This document shows positions 29,570-39,386 of a stretch of 64,000 nucleotides of DNA, one piece after another. Location: IMG/VR virus record IMGVR_UViG_3300028745_000006; one strand, written 5' to 3'. Position 1 is the stretch's first letter. Every line of letters starts with the position of its first letter. This DNA is from an uncultured virus (IMG/VR IMGVR_UViG_3300028745_000006) (taxonomy: Duplodnaviria; Heunggongvirae; Uroviricota; Caudoviricetes). The position numbers and the translations under genes were made by a program. The notes under the pieces were generated by a model. The model was not told where the DNA came from, made no database searches, and saw only the letters and a list, made by a program, of their open reading frames with translations.

Positions 29570-30235
29570 ATGAACGACTTTCAGACCACGGGCCCGATGC
29601 TCCTCCAGGTTCCCGCGCTCGACGTTCGCACCCGCAACGCGGTGATCGCTCACACGACGGCCGGGTGCTTCGACCCCACGATGACGGAGAAGAAGGCTCT
29701 CCTGGCGGGGCGTGCGGTCGCGCGCCTGGCCATCGGCGCGAAGCGCCTCGGGCCTCGGCAGGCGGAGGCGTGTGACACGCTGGTCGCCCAGGTGCTCCGT
29801 GCTCGCGGAAACGCGGCTCGCTACATGGCGGCCCCCGGATACGCGCCGTCCCTCCCGGCGCAGCAGGAGTCGCTCAGCTATGCGCCGGCGCAGGTCATGC
29901 CCGGCTACGCGCCGGCGCAGGTCATGTCGCAGGCTGCATCGGGCCTCAGCCCTCGTCAGGAGGGGATCCTCGTCCGGATCGAGCAGATCCTCACCATGAT
30001 CCTGGCGCTCCTCATGCGGCGGGCGCCCGGCGTGTCAGTCGACGCGACATCGCTCTCGAGCCAGGCGAGTCACGGAGCGCTGGGGGGTGTCAGCTCGGCC
30101 TACCAGCTCCCGTCGGCTTCGAACGGTCTGGTTTCGTGGTCGCCCTCCGCGGCAACGGCCAACGACTACGCCCCCGCGCCTTCCGCGGCCCCGCAGCTCG
30201 CGAGCGGTTCGCGCTACGCCATGGTGCGCACGTGA
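29570..30235 (+). CDS. Hypothetical protein with YAPAQVM duplication
   Basis: GGAGGA RBS; 27-nt tandem duplication near 29878-29930. Confidence 0.65.
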   Translation: MNDFQTTGPMLLQVPALDVRTRNAVIAHTTAGCFDPTMTEKKALLAGRAVARLAIGAKRLGPRQAEACDTLVAQVLRARGNAARYMAAPGYAPSLPAQQESLSYAPAQVMPGYAPAQVMSQAASGLSPRQEGILVRIEQILTMILALLMRRAPGVSVDATSLSSQASHGALGGVSSAYQLPSASNGLVSWSPSAATANDYAPAPSAAPQLASGSRYAMVRT

Positions 30236-30412
30236 TCCCGGCGGCAACCAAGACGGCCGCGGTGGAGCTCGACGAGCGCAGCCTTCGCGTCCTCGATACG
30301 GCCGCGGTCGCGCTCAAGGCGTGGATGCTCTCAGGAAAGCTTCCGGACGTGTCGTGGATGAGCGAGCAGGACTGGGCGTTTGCGGAAAAGTTCTTCGAAG
30401 GATCGAAAGACG

Positions 30413-31552
30413 ATGACAACTGAAGATTGTGCGGTCGTCGATGCCGCTGACTACTCGCGCGACAGTGCGCCATCCGAGGTGCAGAGCGTGTGCGGCGCGT
30501 GCGGGGGCCTCGGGAAGCTCCGGGTCATGGACGACGACGGCAAGCGCCGCGCTTCCGACGGCTGGCGGAAGTGCCTCGACTGCAACGGAACGGGACAGGT
30601 ACTCGACGGCGCCGCGACGGATGACGGCGCAGTCGGCGCGGCCGAGGGCGCAAAATCTCTCTCCAGCGAACGCAGTGAGCCCGGGGTCCAGGGCTCAGGC
30701 CCTGGCGCGGGGGTCGGGGGCGCGCAGCCCCCGAGCGGTCTCGAGCTCGTCCGCCTGGCGGTCGAGGACGGCTGCCTCGAGAACCAGGCAGCGCTGGACA
30801 TGGTGCCCAGGACGACGTGGATCGCCACGGTGACCCCGGATCGTAGGAGCCCCGGCGGCCTTACCCGCCGCTTCTGGAACAAGGGGATGCGCGGCTGGTA
30901 CGAGCGCCCTGGCGTGGTCGTGCCGGGTGACGTTCTCGAGATGGCCGGAGATCTCAGGAACCCGCGGAAAAAATTCGCTGGCCGCGATCGTGTGTACTGG
31001 TTTGTGACGAGTGTCTCCGCGGCATGCCTTGAGGTCGTGTCGCTTGGAACGACCCCGCCTGGGCGCAGGCGGATTGAACGCGTTCGCGACGAGGTTGCGC
31101 GCGCGTACGCCAAGGATGTCTCGGACGTCGTAGGCGCAGTGGTAGTGCACGAGGGGCGAGTTCTTTTGACGCAGCGCCCCGCCGGCAAGACGTTCGCGTT
31201 CGCCTGGGAGTTTCCCGGCGGGAAGGTCGAGCCTGAAGAGGAGCCGCGCGAAGCGCTCCGGCGTGAGCTTGGAGAAGAGATCGAGTGCGCTGACGCCGAG
31301 GTTGAGGAGCTCCCGATCTGGTCGGGGCACGTCCACTCGGCCGGCGTGACGGTGTCGTTCTACCTGGCGACGCTTCGTGGCGTGCCCGTGCCGAAGGAGG
31401 GCCAAGGCATCGGTTGGTTCGCGCCCGAGGAGCTCGAGAGGCAGACCCTCACGCCGGGCAACCAAGTCGCCTTGCCCGCCGTGCTCGGGTACCTGACCGC
31501 GCGCTGCTTGCCGGTCGTCCGCAGCAGCTTGATCGATCTCGATATTCCTTAG
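30413..31552 (+). CDS. Multidomain protein: CxxCxGxG zinc finger, repeat-derived linker, C-terminal Nudix hydrolase
   Basis: CGACGGLG/CLDCNGTG; Nudix box WEFPGGKVEPEEEPREALRRELGEE. Confidence 0.85.
   Translation: MTTEDCAVVDAADYSRDSAPSEVQSVCGACGGLGKLRVMDDDGKRRASDGWRKCLDCNGTGQVLDGAATDDGAVGAAEGAKSLSSERSEPGVQGSGPGAGVGGAQPPSGLELVRLAVEDGCLENQAALDMVPRTTWIATVTPDRRSPGGLTRRFWNKGMRGWYERPGVVVPGDVLEMAGDLRNPRKKFAGRDRVYWFVTSVSAACLEVVSLGTTPPGRRRIERVRDEVARAYAKDVSDVVGAVVVHEGRVLLTQRPAGKTFAFAWEFPGGKVEPEEEPREALRRELGEEIECADAEVEELPIWSGHVHSAGVTVSFYLATLRGVPVPKEGQGIGWFAPEELERQTLTPGNQVALPAVLGYLTARCLPVVRSSLIDLDIP
30666..30733 (-). repeat. 70-bp repeat in-frame in the Nudix fusion
   Basis: Read as SERSEPGVQGSGPGAGVGGAQPP. 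Confidence 0.9.
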
Positions 31553-31615
31553 GGCCCCCTAAGGAGAATGTTGACATTTTCTAGCAAAGTGAGAAAGTGA
31601 CCCGAACGGGCGCAC

Positions 31616-31657
31616 TCAAGAATAGTTTCTTGACAGTTCAGCTCCCGTCCTTACGGT
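31616..31657 (+). promoter_or_regulatory. Palindrome plus promoter upstream of the ParB-like gene
   Basis: TCAAGA ATAGTT TCTTGA overlapping TTGACA-N16-TACGGT. Confidence 0.65.
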
Positions 31658-31680
31658 AGAGCGAGGAGCAAGAGAAAAAG

Positions 31681-32736
31681 ATGTCGTACAGCGATCTCAA
31701 GAAAGACGGAATGAGTGCGGGGCCAGGGTCCAACGCGGTGGACCCCCTCCGGCTGTTCGTGATCGGTCTCGACGGCGTGGGGGTCACGGAGGAGGATCGG
31801 ATCGACTGGCTGAAGGACATCTTCCCGAAGCTCTCGGCCCGGATCGATGCGCTCCGCGACGTCCGCGCCTGCGAGGAGATCGAGGAGACCAAGATTGTCT
31901 GCTTCCGTCCCGAGGAGGCGCGCCCGGTCATCTACCTGAACGCTCACTGCTCGTTCCCCGAGGGGGAGGGGTACGGGCAGTGGTCCGGGCTGAAGTTCCT
32001 TCCGGTCGTCACGGGCCGGCAGACGACCAAGGTCTACCGCGCGCTGGGGGCGAGGCGCGAAGCGAAGGGCGCGCCGGCGCTCAAGATGCTGGCGCGCAGC
32101 CGTCTCTTCGAGACCGATCTCGAGCTCGAGGAGGCGGTCGCCATCGAGAACTCCAGGATCCTCGACTGGAAGCCCTCGGCGCGCGCCTGGACGGCTCATC
32201 GTCTGATGGAGAAGGGCTCCCCCGAGGAGCACGTGATGGCCTGGGTCGGCATCAAGAGCCGGGGCGGGCTGAAGAAGCTGATCTCTATCTTGAAGTGCAG
32301 TCCGACCGTGCTGAAGGCGCTCGACGACCGAAGGATCGTCCAGCGGGTCGCGCTCGACGTCGCCAAGAAGGGCGACCACGACAAGCAGGACGTGGAGCTG
32401 GAGAAGCGCTTCGCCGCCGCCAAGGGGCAGAAGGGGCACACTCGCTCCCGGACGATGAACGGCGTGACTCCCGGCACCCCCTCGCCGGTGCGGCCCGGTC
32501 GCATCCGGGAGATGGTCAAGCTCCTGACGGCTCGCGCCGCCACGCCGAACGCCCCCAAGGATCCGCAGCGCGACGACGCGCTCATTCTCCTGCGCGCGAT
32601 CGCAGGCGAGGCCAGCGCGGTCGCCTTGCTCCCGGCCAGCGTTCGCGAGGTTCTCGCGATCGTCCAGGCCCCCAAGAAGCCCGCTCTGCCGCCCGTCGCG
32701 CCGTCTCTCCCGGGACACGTCGCCGACGCCGAGTGA
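31681..32736 (+). CDS. ParB-like protein
   Basis: VVTGRQT (degenerate GxxR box), AIENSR, HTH-like region, ILKCSPTVLKALDDRRI. Confidence 0.6.
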   Translation: MSYSDLKKDGMSAGPGSNAVDPLRLFVIGLDGVGVTEEDRIDWLKDIFPKLSARIDALRDVRACEEIEETKIVCFRPEEARPVIYLNAHCSFPEGEGYGQWSGLKFLPVVTGRQTTKVYRALGARREAKGAPALKMLARSRLFETDLELEEAVAIENSRILDWKPSARAWTAHRLMEKGSPEEHVMAWVGIKSRGGLKKLISILKCSPTVLKALDDRRIVQRVALDVAKKGDHDKQDVELEKRFAAAKGQKGHTRSRTMNGVTPGTPSPVRPGRIREMVKLLTARAATPNAPKDPQRDDALILLRAIAGEASAVALLPASVREVLAIVQAPKKPALPPVAPSLPGHVADAE

Positions 32737-32745
32737 AGATCGCGC

Positions 32746-32809
32746 AGGGGCTCTGCCCCTGCACCCCGCCAGGGCCTGGGCCCTGGACCCTGTAGCTCAC
32801 GATGTTCGC
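32746..32809 (+). repeat. 70-bp repeat, intergenic
   Basis: AGGGGCTCTGCCCCT..CCAGGGCC-TG-GGCCCTGG..CTCACGATGTTCGC. Confidence 0.9.
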
Positions 32810-33153
32810 ATCGGAGGAGTTCACCATGACGAAGATCGATGTGCACACGAAGGTCAAGACCAAGGTCTATGCGGGGAAGCTCCGCGCGCGACTCGCGGAG
32901 CTGAAGAAGAGGCGCCCGGCGGAGCTCGAGAAGTACAGGAAGGACATCGCGCTGTGGAAGAAGGCGGGTAATGGCTGTCCTAGGACACGACCTAGGACAA
33001 TCCCCCTCGGATCAGCCGGAGGCGCGGCCCCGTGAATTGTGAGGTTTTCGACAACTCGGGGCCCGCCTCCGGGGCAGCCTGCGGCCGGGAACCCACGAAG
33101 ATTCAGTCGCTCTCTCTAGACTTTCTCGGCCTGGCTGAAGTAGCGTAGGTCGC

Positions 33154-33426
33154 ATGTCCAAGCTCAACGCCGATCTGATCGCTCGCGCCAATCTCGCTCT
33201 CGAAGCCTCCGGCTTCGACGGAAGCATCGACGAGAACACGACCGAGACCGATGTCTCGATCCTGATGGCCCTGGCGGCCGACGGGTACGCCGGCGACAAC
33301 GAGATCGAGGCGCAGGCCGTCGACATGATGACCGAGGTCTGGCGTGTGATGCGCGGGATCCACCAGGCAAGCGACACTCTCCCCGGCCCCATCCCGCCGC
33401 CGCCGCCGCCCCACACCGAGAGCTGA
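33154..33426 (+). CDS. Acidic hypothetical protein
   Basis: 90 aa, GC3-rich codons. Confidence 0.6.
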   Translation: MSKLNADLIARANLALEASGFDGSIDENTTETDVSILMALAADGYAGDNEIEAQAVDMMTEVWRVMRGIHQASDTLPGPIPPPPPPHTES

Positions 33427-33447
33427 CCGCCACGCACGAGATCGTTC

Positions 33448-33900
33448 GTGGCGCGGTCTTCGACCTGGTGCAGCTTGCGCAGGTTCGGCCCTGCGCATCG
33501 CTGCGCATTCGTGATTCGGAGCCGTGGCTACTGCACGTGGTGTCGGTGCGTGCTCACCAAGGACACGTTCCAGGTCGATCACGTTGTGCCGCGCCGAGAT
33601 GGGGGCAAGCACGCCGACGACAACCTGGTCGCGTCATGCCCCGACTGCAACATCGTTCGGCCTGAAGGTGTCCCGTTTCCGGCCGAGCAGCTCGCCGAAC
33701 CGCTCGACCTGGGCGCCGGGCAGCAGCTCGCCCTCATCTGGTACAACTGGATGTTCGCTCGCTTGCGCGCCAAGACGGTCAAGAATCGCGAGCGGCGCCA
33801 GTGCCTTGCCAAAGAAAACCGAGATGCTTGCGCCGCTGGCCTTGGTGGAAACGCGTTTCCGTTTCGCGTCGTCGAAGGCTCCTCCTCGTGTGCAGCCTGA
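33448..33900 (+). CDS. HNH endonuclease
   Basis: CTWC..DHVVPRRDGG..NLVASCPDCN. Confidence 0.85.
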   Translation: MARSSTWCSLRRFGPAHRCAFVIRSRGYCTWCRCVLTKDTFQVDHVVPRRDGGKHADDNLVASCPDCNIVRPEGVPFPAEQLAEPLDLGAGQQLALIWYNWMFARLRAKTVKNRERRQCLAKENRDACAAGLGGNAFPFRVVEGSSSCAA

Positions 33901-33940
33901 GCCATTCACCTCTCACCTCTCACCTCTTTGAGGAAAAGCC

Positions 33941-34519
33941 ATGAGCTCTCGCGCCCATACGTGTCCGCGCTGCAATGAGGCATGGAATTGCTACGGATGC
34001 GAGAGCGCCGAGATCGCGAAGCTGTGCGGCTCGTGCGCTATCGAGTCGACCCGATCGCAGGCTTTACCGCAGATGGACCTGACCGCATGGGCTCTTGTTC
34101 TTATCTGCTGTTTCGTCAATCTCGTCTCGTCAGCGACTCGGCGCGCGCGCCGCAAGAAGAGCGCCGTACTGGAGCCCTATCCGCGCGTCATGATCACCTA
34201 CCGATCTACGAGCTCGTTGCCGCGCATCGCGCCGCGTACGCGATGGCTCCGACTCTTCTGGGGATGGCTTCGTGGCGTACCGCAACGGTGGCGCGCCCGC
34301 ACTCCGGTGTGGATTTCCACCGATGGTGGCGCTGGTTGGATGCGGCCCGACGGTCGCCCGATTCCGCGAAGCTTCTACGGTCCACCGTATGGCCCGAACC
34401 ACGATCCGTTCGCCGGAAGCGGAGACAGCGGCGCTGGCCGCTCGCCTCTTTCCGGTGTCACGGTTGGCGGCAGGCGCCGAGAGAAGTCCACGATCACCGA
34501 GCCGGGCCAGGATCCGTGA
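33941..34519 (+). CDS. Hypothetical protein (Cys cluster plus TM segment)
   Basis: GAGGA RBS; CPRC..CYGC..CGSC. Confidence 0.5.
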   Translation: MSSRAHTCPRCNEAWNCYGCESAEIAKLCGSCAIESTRSQALPQMDLTAWALVLICCFVNLVSSATRRARRKKSAVLEPYPRVMITYRSTSSLPRIAPRTRWLRLFWGWLRGVPQRWRARTPVWISTDGGAGWMRPDGRPIPRSFYGPPYGPNHDPFAGSGDSGAGRSPLSGVTVGGRRREKSTITEPGQDP

Positions 34520-35220
34520 ACGCGTCGCACTTCGAGCTCTGCGCGCTCCTGAGCGCTGCCTTCGCGGGCCCGCTTCTCGCCCGGCGCGCGCCGCTGTGCG
34601 AGCCGCATGCGCGCGTGGCGACGGCGTGTCTCGCGCTCTACCTGGTGCGGGCGCTGCGGCCGCATGACGTGTCGCTAGGCGTCTTTCTGTTCGTCGTGTG
34701 GCCGGGGCTCGCCGGCGCGCTCGTGGTGCACGTCCTGCCCATGGATCCGCCAGCTTCGCCGGAGGCTCCCCTCGCGAACGCAGTGAGCTGCGGGGCCGAG
34801 GGCCCAGGCCCTGGCCCAGGGTTTGGGGGCGGGCAGCCCCCGAGCTTCTTGAGCTCTCGGGTTATGTGCGTGCTCGCAAGCTTCATGGTCGCGGCAACGG
34901 CCCTTGCGACGGAGGGGCATCGCCTGTGCGTGGTGTGGCCGTGGCCGCTGTTTACGGCGCAGGCGGCGTCTGTCGTGCTTGCGGTTGAGGCGTGGGGGAG
35001 ACGAGCGAGGAGCGGGATCTCGAGATCAGAGCGGTGGGCGCAGGTGGGGGCGGTGGTGTTGCCTGCGGGGACGCTTGCCGACCTGGCGACGGTCTGGGCA
35101 GGGGCTCCGGATACCGTTCGGGCGGTACTTGGAGGGGTGACGTGGCTCCTGTTTGGTGCGACCATGGCGGCATGTTCGAGGACTGCGCAGACCCCACCGG
35201 CGGCACGGGCGGGTGGATAG
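34516..35220 (+). CDS. Multi-pass membrane protein with an in-frame repeat in a loop
   Basis: GTGA coupling; several hydrophobic segments interrupted by ANAVSCGAEGPGPGPGFGGGQPP. Confidence 0.55.
   Translation: MNASHFELCALLSAAFAGPLLARRAPLCEPHARVATACLALYLVRALRPHDVSLGVFLFVVWPGLAGALVVHVLPMDPPASPEAPLANAVSCGAEGPGPGPGFGGGQPPSFLSSRVMCVLASFMVAATALATEGHRLCVVWPWPLFTAQAASVVLAVEAWGRRARSGISRSERWAQVGAVVLPAGTLADLATVWAGAPDTVRAVLGGVTWLLFGATMAACSRTAQTPPAARAGG
34773..34843 (-). repeat. 70-bp repeat in-frame in the membrane protein
   Basis: GCGAACGCAGTGAGC..AGGGCC-CA-GGCCCT..GGGGGCGGGCAGCCCCC. Confidence 0.85.
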
Positions 35221-35358
35221 GCGTGGGCTTCGTCATTTTGGGGGCCGCGCTGGGGGCTGCCTTCTGCGGAGCCGGGCTCGCAGTCGGAATCCGGTGTGCG
35301 GTGTCGGGGATCCGCCTCCGGCTCGACGCGATCCGTGACGCGGCGGCGACGCGGCTCT

Positions 35359-35844
35359 CTACTGCTGACTCGCGCGAATCCCAGCCCCCGTCCGAGACCG
35401 GGTAGGTCGAGCCTCCTCGGGGTCGACCTGGCTGGTGGCCGCGACGATGGTCGCCGTCTCTCGCATCGCATCGGTCGCCTCCGAGAGGCGGCGGTCGGAG
35501 ATCAAGGTGCGGGTGACCTCGCCGTCTTCGCCCAGCGATTTCACCACGGTGTGGGTGCCGGACTCGACCTGCTGCCTCACCCCGTCGACCTTGCTGTGCA
35601 GCCCGTCGATTTTCACACTGAACTCGGTCCGAACGGTCTCGATCTTGGCGCGCGTCTCGACGTGCTCGGCGACCTGCTTTTTCGCCTGGTCGGACCAGTC
35701 GATCCGGATCCCCTCGACGGCGATGGCGCCTCGCGTGGCCGCTGCCGTGAGTCGGATCATCCCGACCGCGACGACCGCGACGAGGACGAAGAAAGCTCCA
35801 GCGGCTGTTGGGTTCCTGAAAAACGCGTCGAGGAGAGTGATCAT
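35359..35844 (-). CDS. Single-TM coiled-coil protein
   Basis: N-terminal TM followed by a heptad-like region. Confidence 0.55.
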   Translation of the reverse strand: MITLLDAFFRNPTAAGAFFVLVAVVAVGMIRLTAAATRGAIAVEGIRIDWSDQAKKQVAEHVETRAKIETVRTEFSVKIDGLHSKVDGVRQQVESGTHTVVKSLGEDGEVTRTLISDRRLSEATDAMRETATIVAATSQVDPEEARPTRSRTGAGIRASQQ

Positions 35845-36064
35845 GAGCCTAAAGATACCGCCAAGACCGTCCGCTCCACAAGATCACTCGGTGCGCAGGC
35901 ACACCCAGACCTCTCGCGAGAGACGCGCCCCACGATCTTGGTTGACGCGATAGCATTGGGTGAGATATTCGCGCGAGACTAGCAGCAGCGCGTCGCCACG
36001 ACGAGCTACCCGATCCTTCGGCGGCGGCAATTGCAATTCCTGCTGCCGTGCCTAAGATTATCTC

Positions 36065-36454
36065 ATGAAGAATTTGATGGTCCTGGTAGCTCTGTCGATT
36101 CTTGGAATCATGGCAGGGTGCAGAGGCGGAGGCACCACGATCCTCTGTGACGCCGGCGCGATTCGCATGGGGGCGGACGTTCCAAGACTCGAGGTGAGCG
36201 ACGAAGGCGCATGCTGCTCGCGCTGCCTGGACGTCACGGGGGAGTGCGTCGACTGCAAGGAGGAGGACGCGGGGGCAGGAGTCGGCGCCAGCACCGACGC
36301 TGGCGAAGACGCGGGATCGGCCGCGGACGCGGGCGAGGACGCAGGAGACGAAGAGGACGCTGGAAGTGGCTTCGCGACGTGCGGCGATCCCGATCCTTGC
36401 AATCCGACGCGATGCAGGGTGGTCGGTGAGCCTGCGTGCGACGCCGGCCCCTGA
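36065..36454 (+). CDS. Cys-rich lipoprotein with DAG repeats
   Basis: Lipobox MAGC; repeated DAGEDAG. Confidence 0.7.
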   Translation: MKNLMVLVALSILGIMAGCRGGGTTILCDAGAIRMGADVPRLEVSDEGACCSRCLDVTGECVDCKEEDAGAGVGASTDAGEDAGSAADAGEDAGDEEDAGSGFATCGDPDPCNPTRCRVVGEPACDAGP

Positions 36455-37351
36455 CTTCACGGCCACCTCGAGCGCGGCCTTTGCGAAAATCGAGGCGTAG
36501 AGCTCGACGGCGTACTCGAGCGAAGTCCCTTCCTGAATGAGCTCGTGGCGATCTGGGTCACAGCCAGCCTCGCCATGGGTGAGGTAGAGCCGCTGGGTGG
36601 GCCACGCTCCGCCGGGTCCCGGGCCATTCACGCCTTCGCGGAACTCGTCCCGGAGGACGAGGTAGCGCGAGAAGATGGTGCGAGCAACGACCTCGTCGGG
36701 CGTGGGAGGCAGTGAAGGCTTGGTCGACAAGGCAAGGTGGCACGGGAGAGGAAGCTCGCCGACGAGAGCATCCGCCGTGGCGCGGCTTTGCCCACAGAAT
36801 GCCCGCTGCCCACAAAGGGCTCGGTCGTCCACGCCTCGGTTGCCCGAGACACCGGGCCATATCCCGGTGCTTTTGGCGGAAACCCGCCCGGCGGGGTGGC
36901 TTGTTCGTCCAGAGCCCCGAACATCTATAGCGCTTCGCGCTGGGTTTGCTAGCTGCTGCCCACAAGAAAGTTGTTTTCCTGTGTTCTATGGGCAAGGTCC
37001 CGTGGCGCCTTTCTTGAACGGCGGCCACCCGTTCGACCATGCCAGAGTGGTGAAGAACAGGGTGAGCCACGAGGCGGCAACGACGACGCGGATTCCGATC
37101 GAGTCGACAGGCCCCGGCGAGACGTGATGGCCAGCGAGGAGGCCGATCGCCAGGGCGTTGGCGGCGCAGCATGCAATCTGCGTGAAGAGGGCTCGGTTGA
37201 AGGCGGGTCTACGCATGGACAGACAGTTACTGCAAGTTCTCGTGAATGTCTATTCGTAGCCCTTGACTCACCTCTCGCATGAGCCTAGGTTCCACGTGCC
37301 CGTCACGAAGCGATTGCGACGCGTCGGGCAGCATGGCTTCGTTTACAGAAC

Positions 37352-37702
37352 GGGGGCGTCACGGCTTCGACGTGGCTCTTTGAGAATCCTCTGCATGTGG
37401 GCGGCGCTCGATCCGACTCAACCAATCGAGCCGTACCAACCGCGAACGACAACGCACTCCTCGATTTCGACCTGACGGGTTGACCGAGTGTCCGGCCGGA
37501 AGATCGTCCTTGTACCGGGGCAGGGCATAATTACCAGGGCTGGACCGATACGCGTGCTACGCGGCGCATCGGTCGAGATGAACAGCGAAGATAGGTCACA
37601 GCCGAATCTGTGAGCTCAGCCGCCGGGGATACGGCGGATAAGCATGTGAACGAAGGGGTTTCAAGAAAGTTGCGGACCCGGGTTCGACTCCCGGCGCCTC
37701 CA
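37352..37702 (+). ncRNA. ssrA: tmRNA
   Basis: 5' GGGGGCGTCACGGCTTCGAC; 3' GACCCGGGTTCGACTCCCGGCGCCTCCA with G3-U70 alanyl stem; tag ORF starts ANDN at 37442; about 350 nt; CCA not encoded (CGA follows). Confidence 0.93.
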
Positions 37703-37810
37703 CGATTCGTTGGCACAAATAGAACGGCACGGAGTCCCGATAGCTTCGGGGAACGCCATGCAAGACCCTTCGGGTAGCCTCTAGAGACGGGAGGTCCAAG
37801 GGGTACGGCG

Positions 37811-37848
37811 AACGGCCCGGTCGCAGAGATGCGACCGGGCCGTTTTGC
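37811..37848. terminator. Strong hairpin terminator
   Basis: AACGGCCCGGTCGCA-GAGA-TGCGACCGGGCCGTT followed by TT. Confidence 0.8.
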
Positions 37849-37894
37849 TGTCACGGTCGACAGCGCCGCCGCGGGCGACGGAACCGGCTGAGGT

Positions 37895-38317
37895 TCACCG
37901 ACCGGAAGCCGCCGCCGGCGCCGGCACTGACCGCACGATCGCGATGACGCCGCCGAAGGAGTCGAGCCGGTACCGGATCCCGCCTTGGGAAAACGATCCG
38001 TCGACGTTGGCGGTCGCCCCCTGCACGGTCTTGAACGCGAGCTCGGTCAGCCGCATCCCCTGCGCGACTCCTGGTGCGCCCAGCTCCCAGGCGCCGCTTC
38101 CACCGATCACCAGCCGGCACGGAGCCTTCTGCGCAGAGTTGGCCGACGTCGCGCCGATCAGCCCGCCGCGCCACCAGATCTTCCCCTTCATCGCGTCGAG
38201 GAACGTCTGCACGACCGGGATGATCGGCTCCGGCGCCTTCGCCGCAAGGGCTGGCGCAGGGGTGACGATCGTCTTGGGCTTCGGTTTGCGAGGGCGAGGC
38301 ATCTGGAGCGGCATCAT
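37895..38317 (-). CDS. Hypothetical protein
   Basis: 140-aa ORF converging on the terminator. Confidence 0.5.
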   Translation of the reverse strand: MMPLQMPRPRKPKPKTIVTPAPALAAKAPEPIIPVVQTFLDAMKGKIWWRGGLIGATSANSAQKAPCRLVIGGSGAWELGAPGVAQGMRLTELAFKTVQGATANVDGSFSQGGIRYRLDSFGGVIAIVRSVPAPAAASGR

Positions 38318-38674
38318 GCTCGCGATCCTACGCCCTCTCAGGCGGGCGGGCCAGCGATCCGGCTACGGCAGACCAGCATCGCTTGCGAGGCCGTCGTCGA
38401 TGCCCGCAAGAAGGCATGGATGTCGTTCACCCATGCCTTCTGCCCAGGCTTCGGCTTTGTAGCTGACAGTGACTTCTTCGTCGTCATACGGTGATCTTGT
38501 TGGCGTGATGAGAAAACCAGGCAACGCGCACGGAGATCTTCGGGCCGTACTTGATCTGGAGCTCGGGGTGGTGGTTGTAGTGCTGGGCCAGTAAGATTCT
38601 TCTTTCGTGTCGCACTCGTTAACATCCGTAGAGTCTACCCGATCCTCGCGATTTCGTGATAGGAGCATCTTGTC

Positions 38675-39052
38675 ATGGCAGCAAAATCAAGCAGGTCTTT
38701 CTTGGGCAAGTGCAGGGGCTGCAAGCGAACGGTCCAGGTCTCTTGCAACGCCGCGGACACGGTGGAGGCCAGGCGCACAAGCGTCGGCAAGCTCATCTCC
38801 GCCAAGCGCATCGCGTGGCAGATCGTCGGAGGTGCGCTCGACGGTACCCGGACGCCCCTTGCGGCCGCGTGGAACGGCAAGTGGCAGCTCAGCCTTGTCT
38901 GCCCTCACTGCGCGGTCCCGATGATGGTCCAGGCCGTCGCCGGAACGTACTCCGCGAATCATCCGTGCGGCGCCCGCTGCCTCGCCTCGAAGGGGCCGAC
39001 GTGCGAGTGCTCCTGCGGCGGCAAGAACCACGGCGCCTTGCACGCGGTGTGA
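38675..39052 (+). CDS. Cys-rich Zn-binding hypothetical protein
   Basis: AGGAG RBS; CRGC, CPHC, CGARC..CECSCGGKNHG. Confidence 0.7.
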   Translation: MAAKSSRSFLGKCRGCKRTVQVSCNAADTVEARRTSVGKLISAKRIAWQIVGGALDGTRTPLAAAWNGKWQLSLVCPHCAVPMMVQAVAGTYSANHPCGARCLASKGPTCECSCGGKNHGALHAV

Positions 39053-39386
39053 GATGGGAATGCACCTGGGCCCCCTTTCGGTCGACGACGCCCACTTCTG
39101 CGACTGCTCTTCGTGCCGGGCCTGCGTTGCTGCGAACGAGCTCCGCCCCGCGATGGACTACCGAAACCCGCCCGTGCTCGCAGGGATCCCGGCGCCGGTC
39201 GCCGTTACGGGCAGGCTCGATCGTATCAAGAAAGTCTTTCGGACTATCTTTTTTTAGCATCACGAGCGAAGTTCGGATCGAAGATCGAAGCGCGAAGAGC
39301 CTCATGCGCGTCGCGCGTGGCGCATGCGACTTCAAGGAGCCGAGGACACGATGGACGAGATGGAAGAGGTCGAGAGAAGGGTTCAG

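Noticed and set aside
29878..29930. Short duplication as a diversity-generating retroelement repeat pair
   Set aside because: A simple in-frame tandem duplication with no adenine-specific variation and no reverse transcriptase.
35849..36832. 327-aa minus-strand ORF as one gene
   Set aside because: It overlaps the better-supported lipoprotein antisense; only its 5' part may be coding.
37352..37702. tmRNA as host attB or prophage boundary
   Set aside because: Phage-like genes lie on both sides, and I see no integrase or duplicated 3' end in the window.
37675..37705. Stand-alone tRNA gene
   Set aside because: The T-arm and acceptor pair with 37352-37358 as the tRNA-like domain of the tmRNA; there is no anticodon arm.
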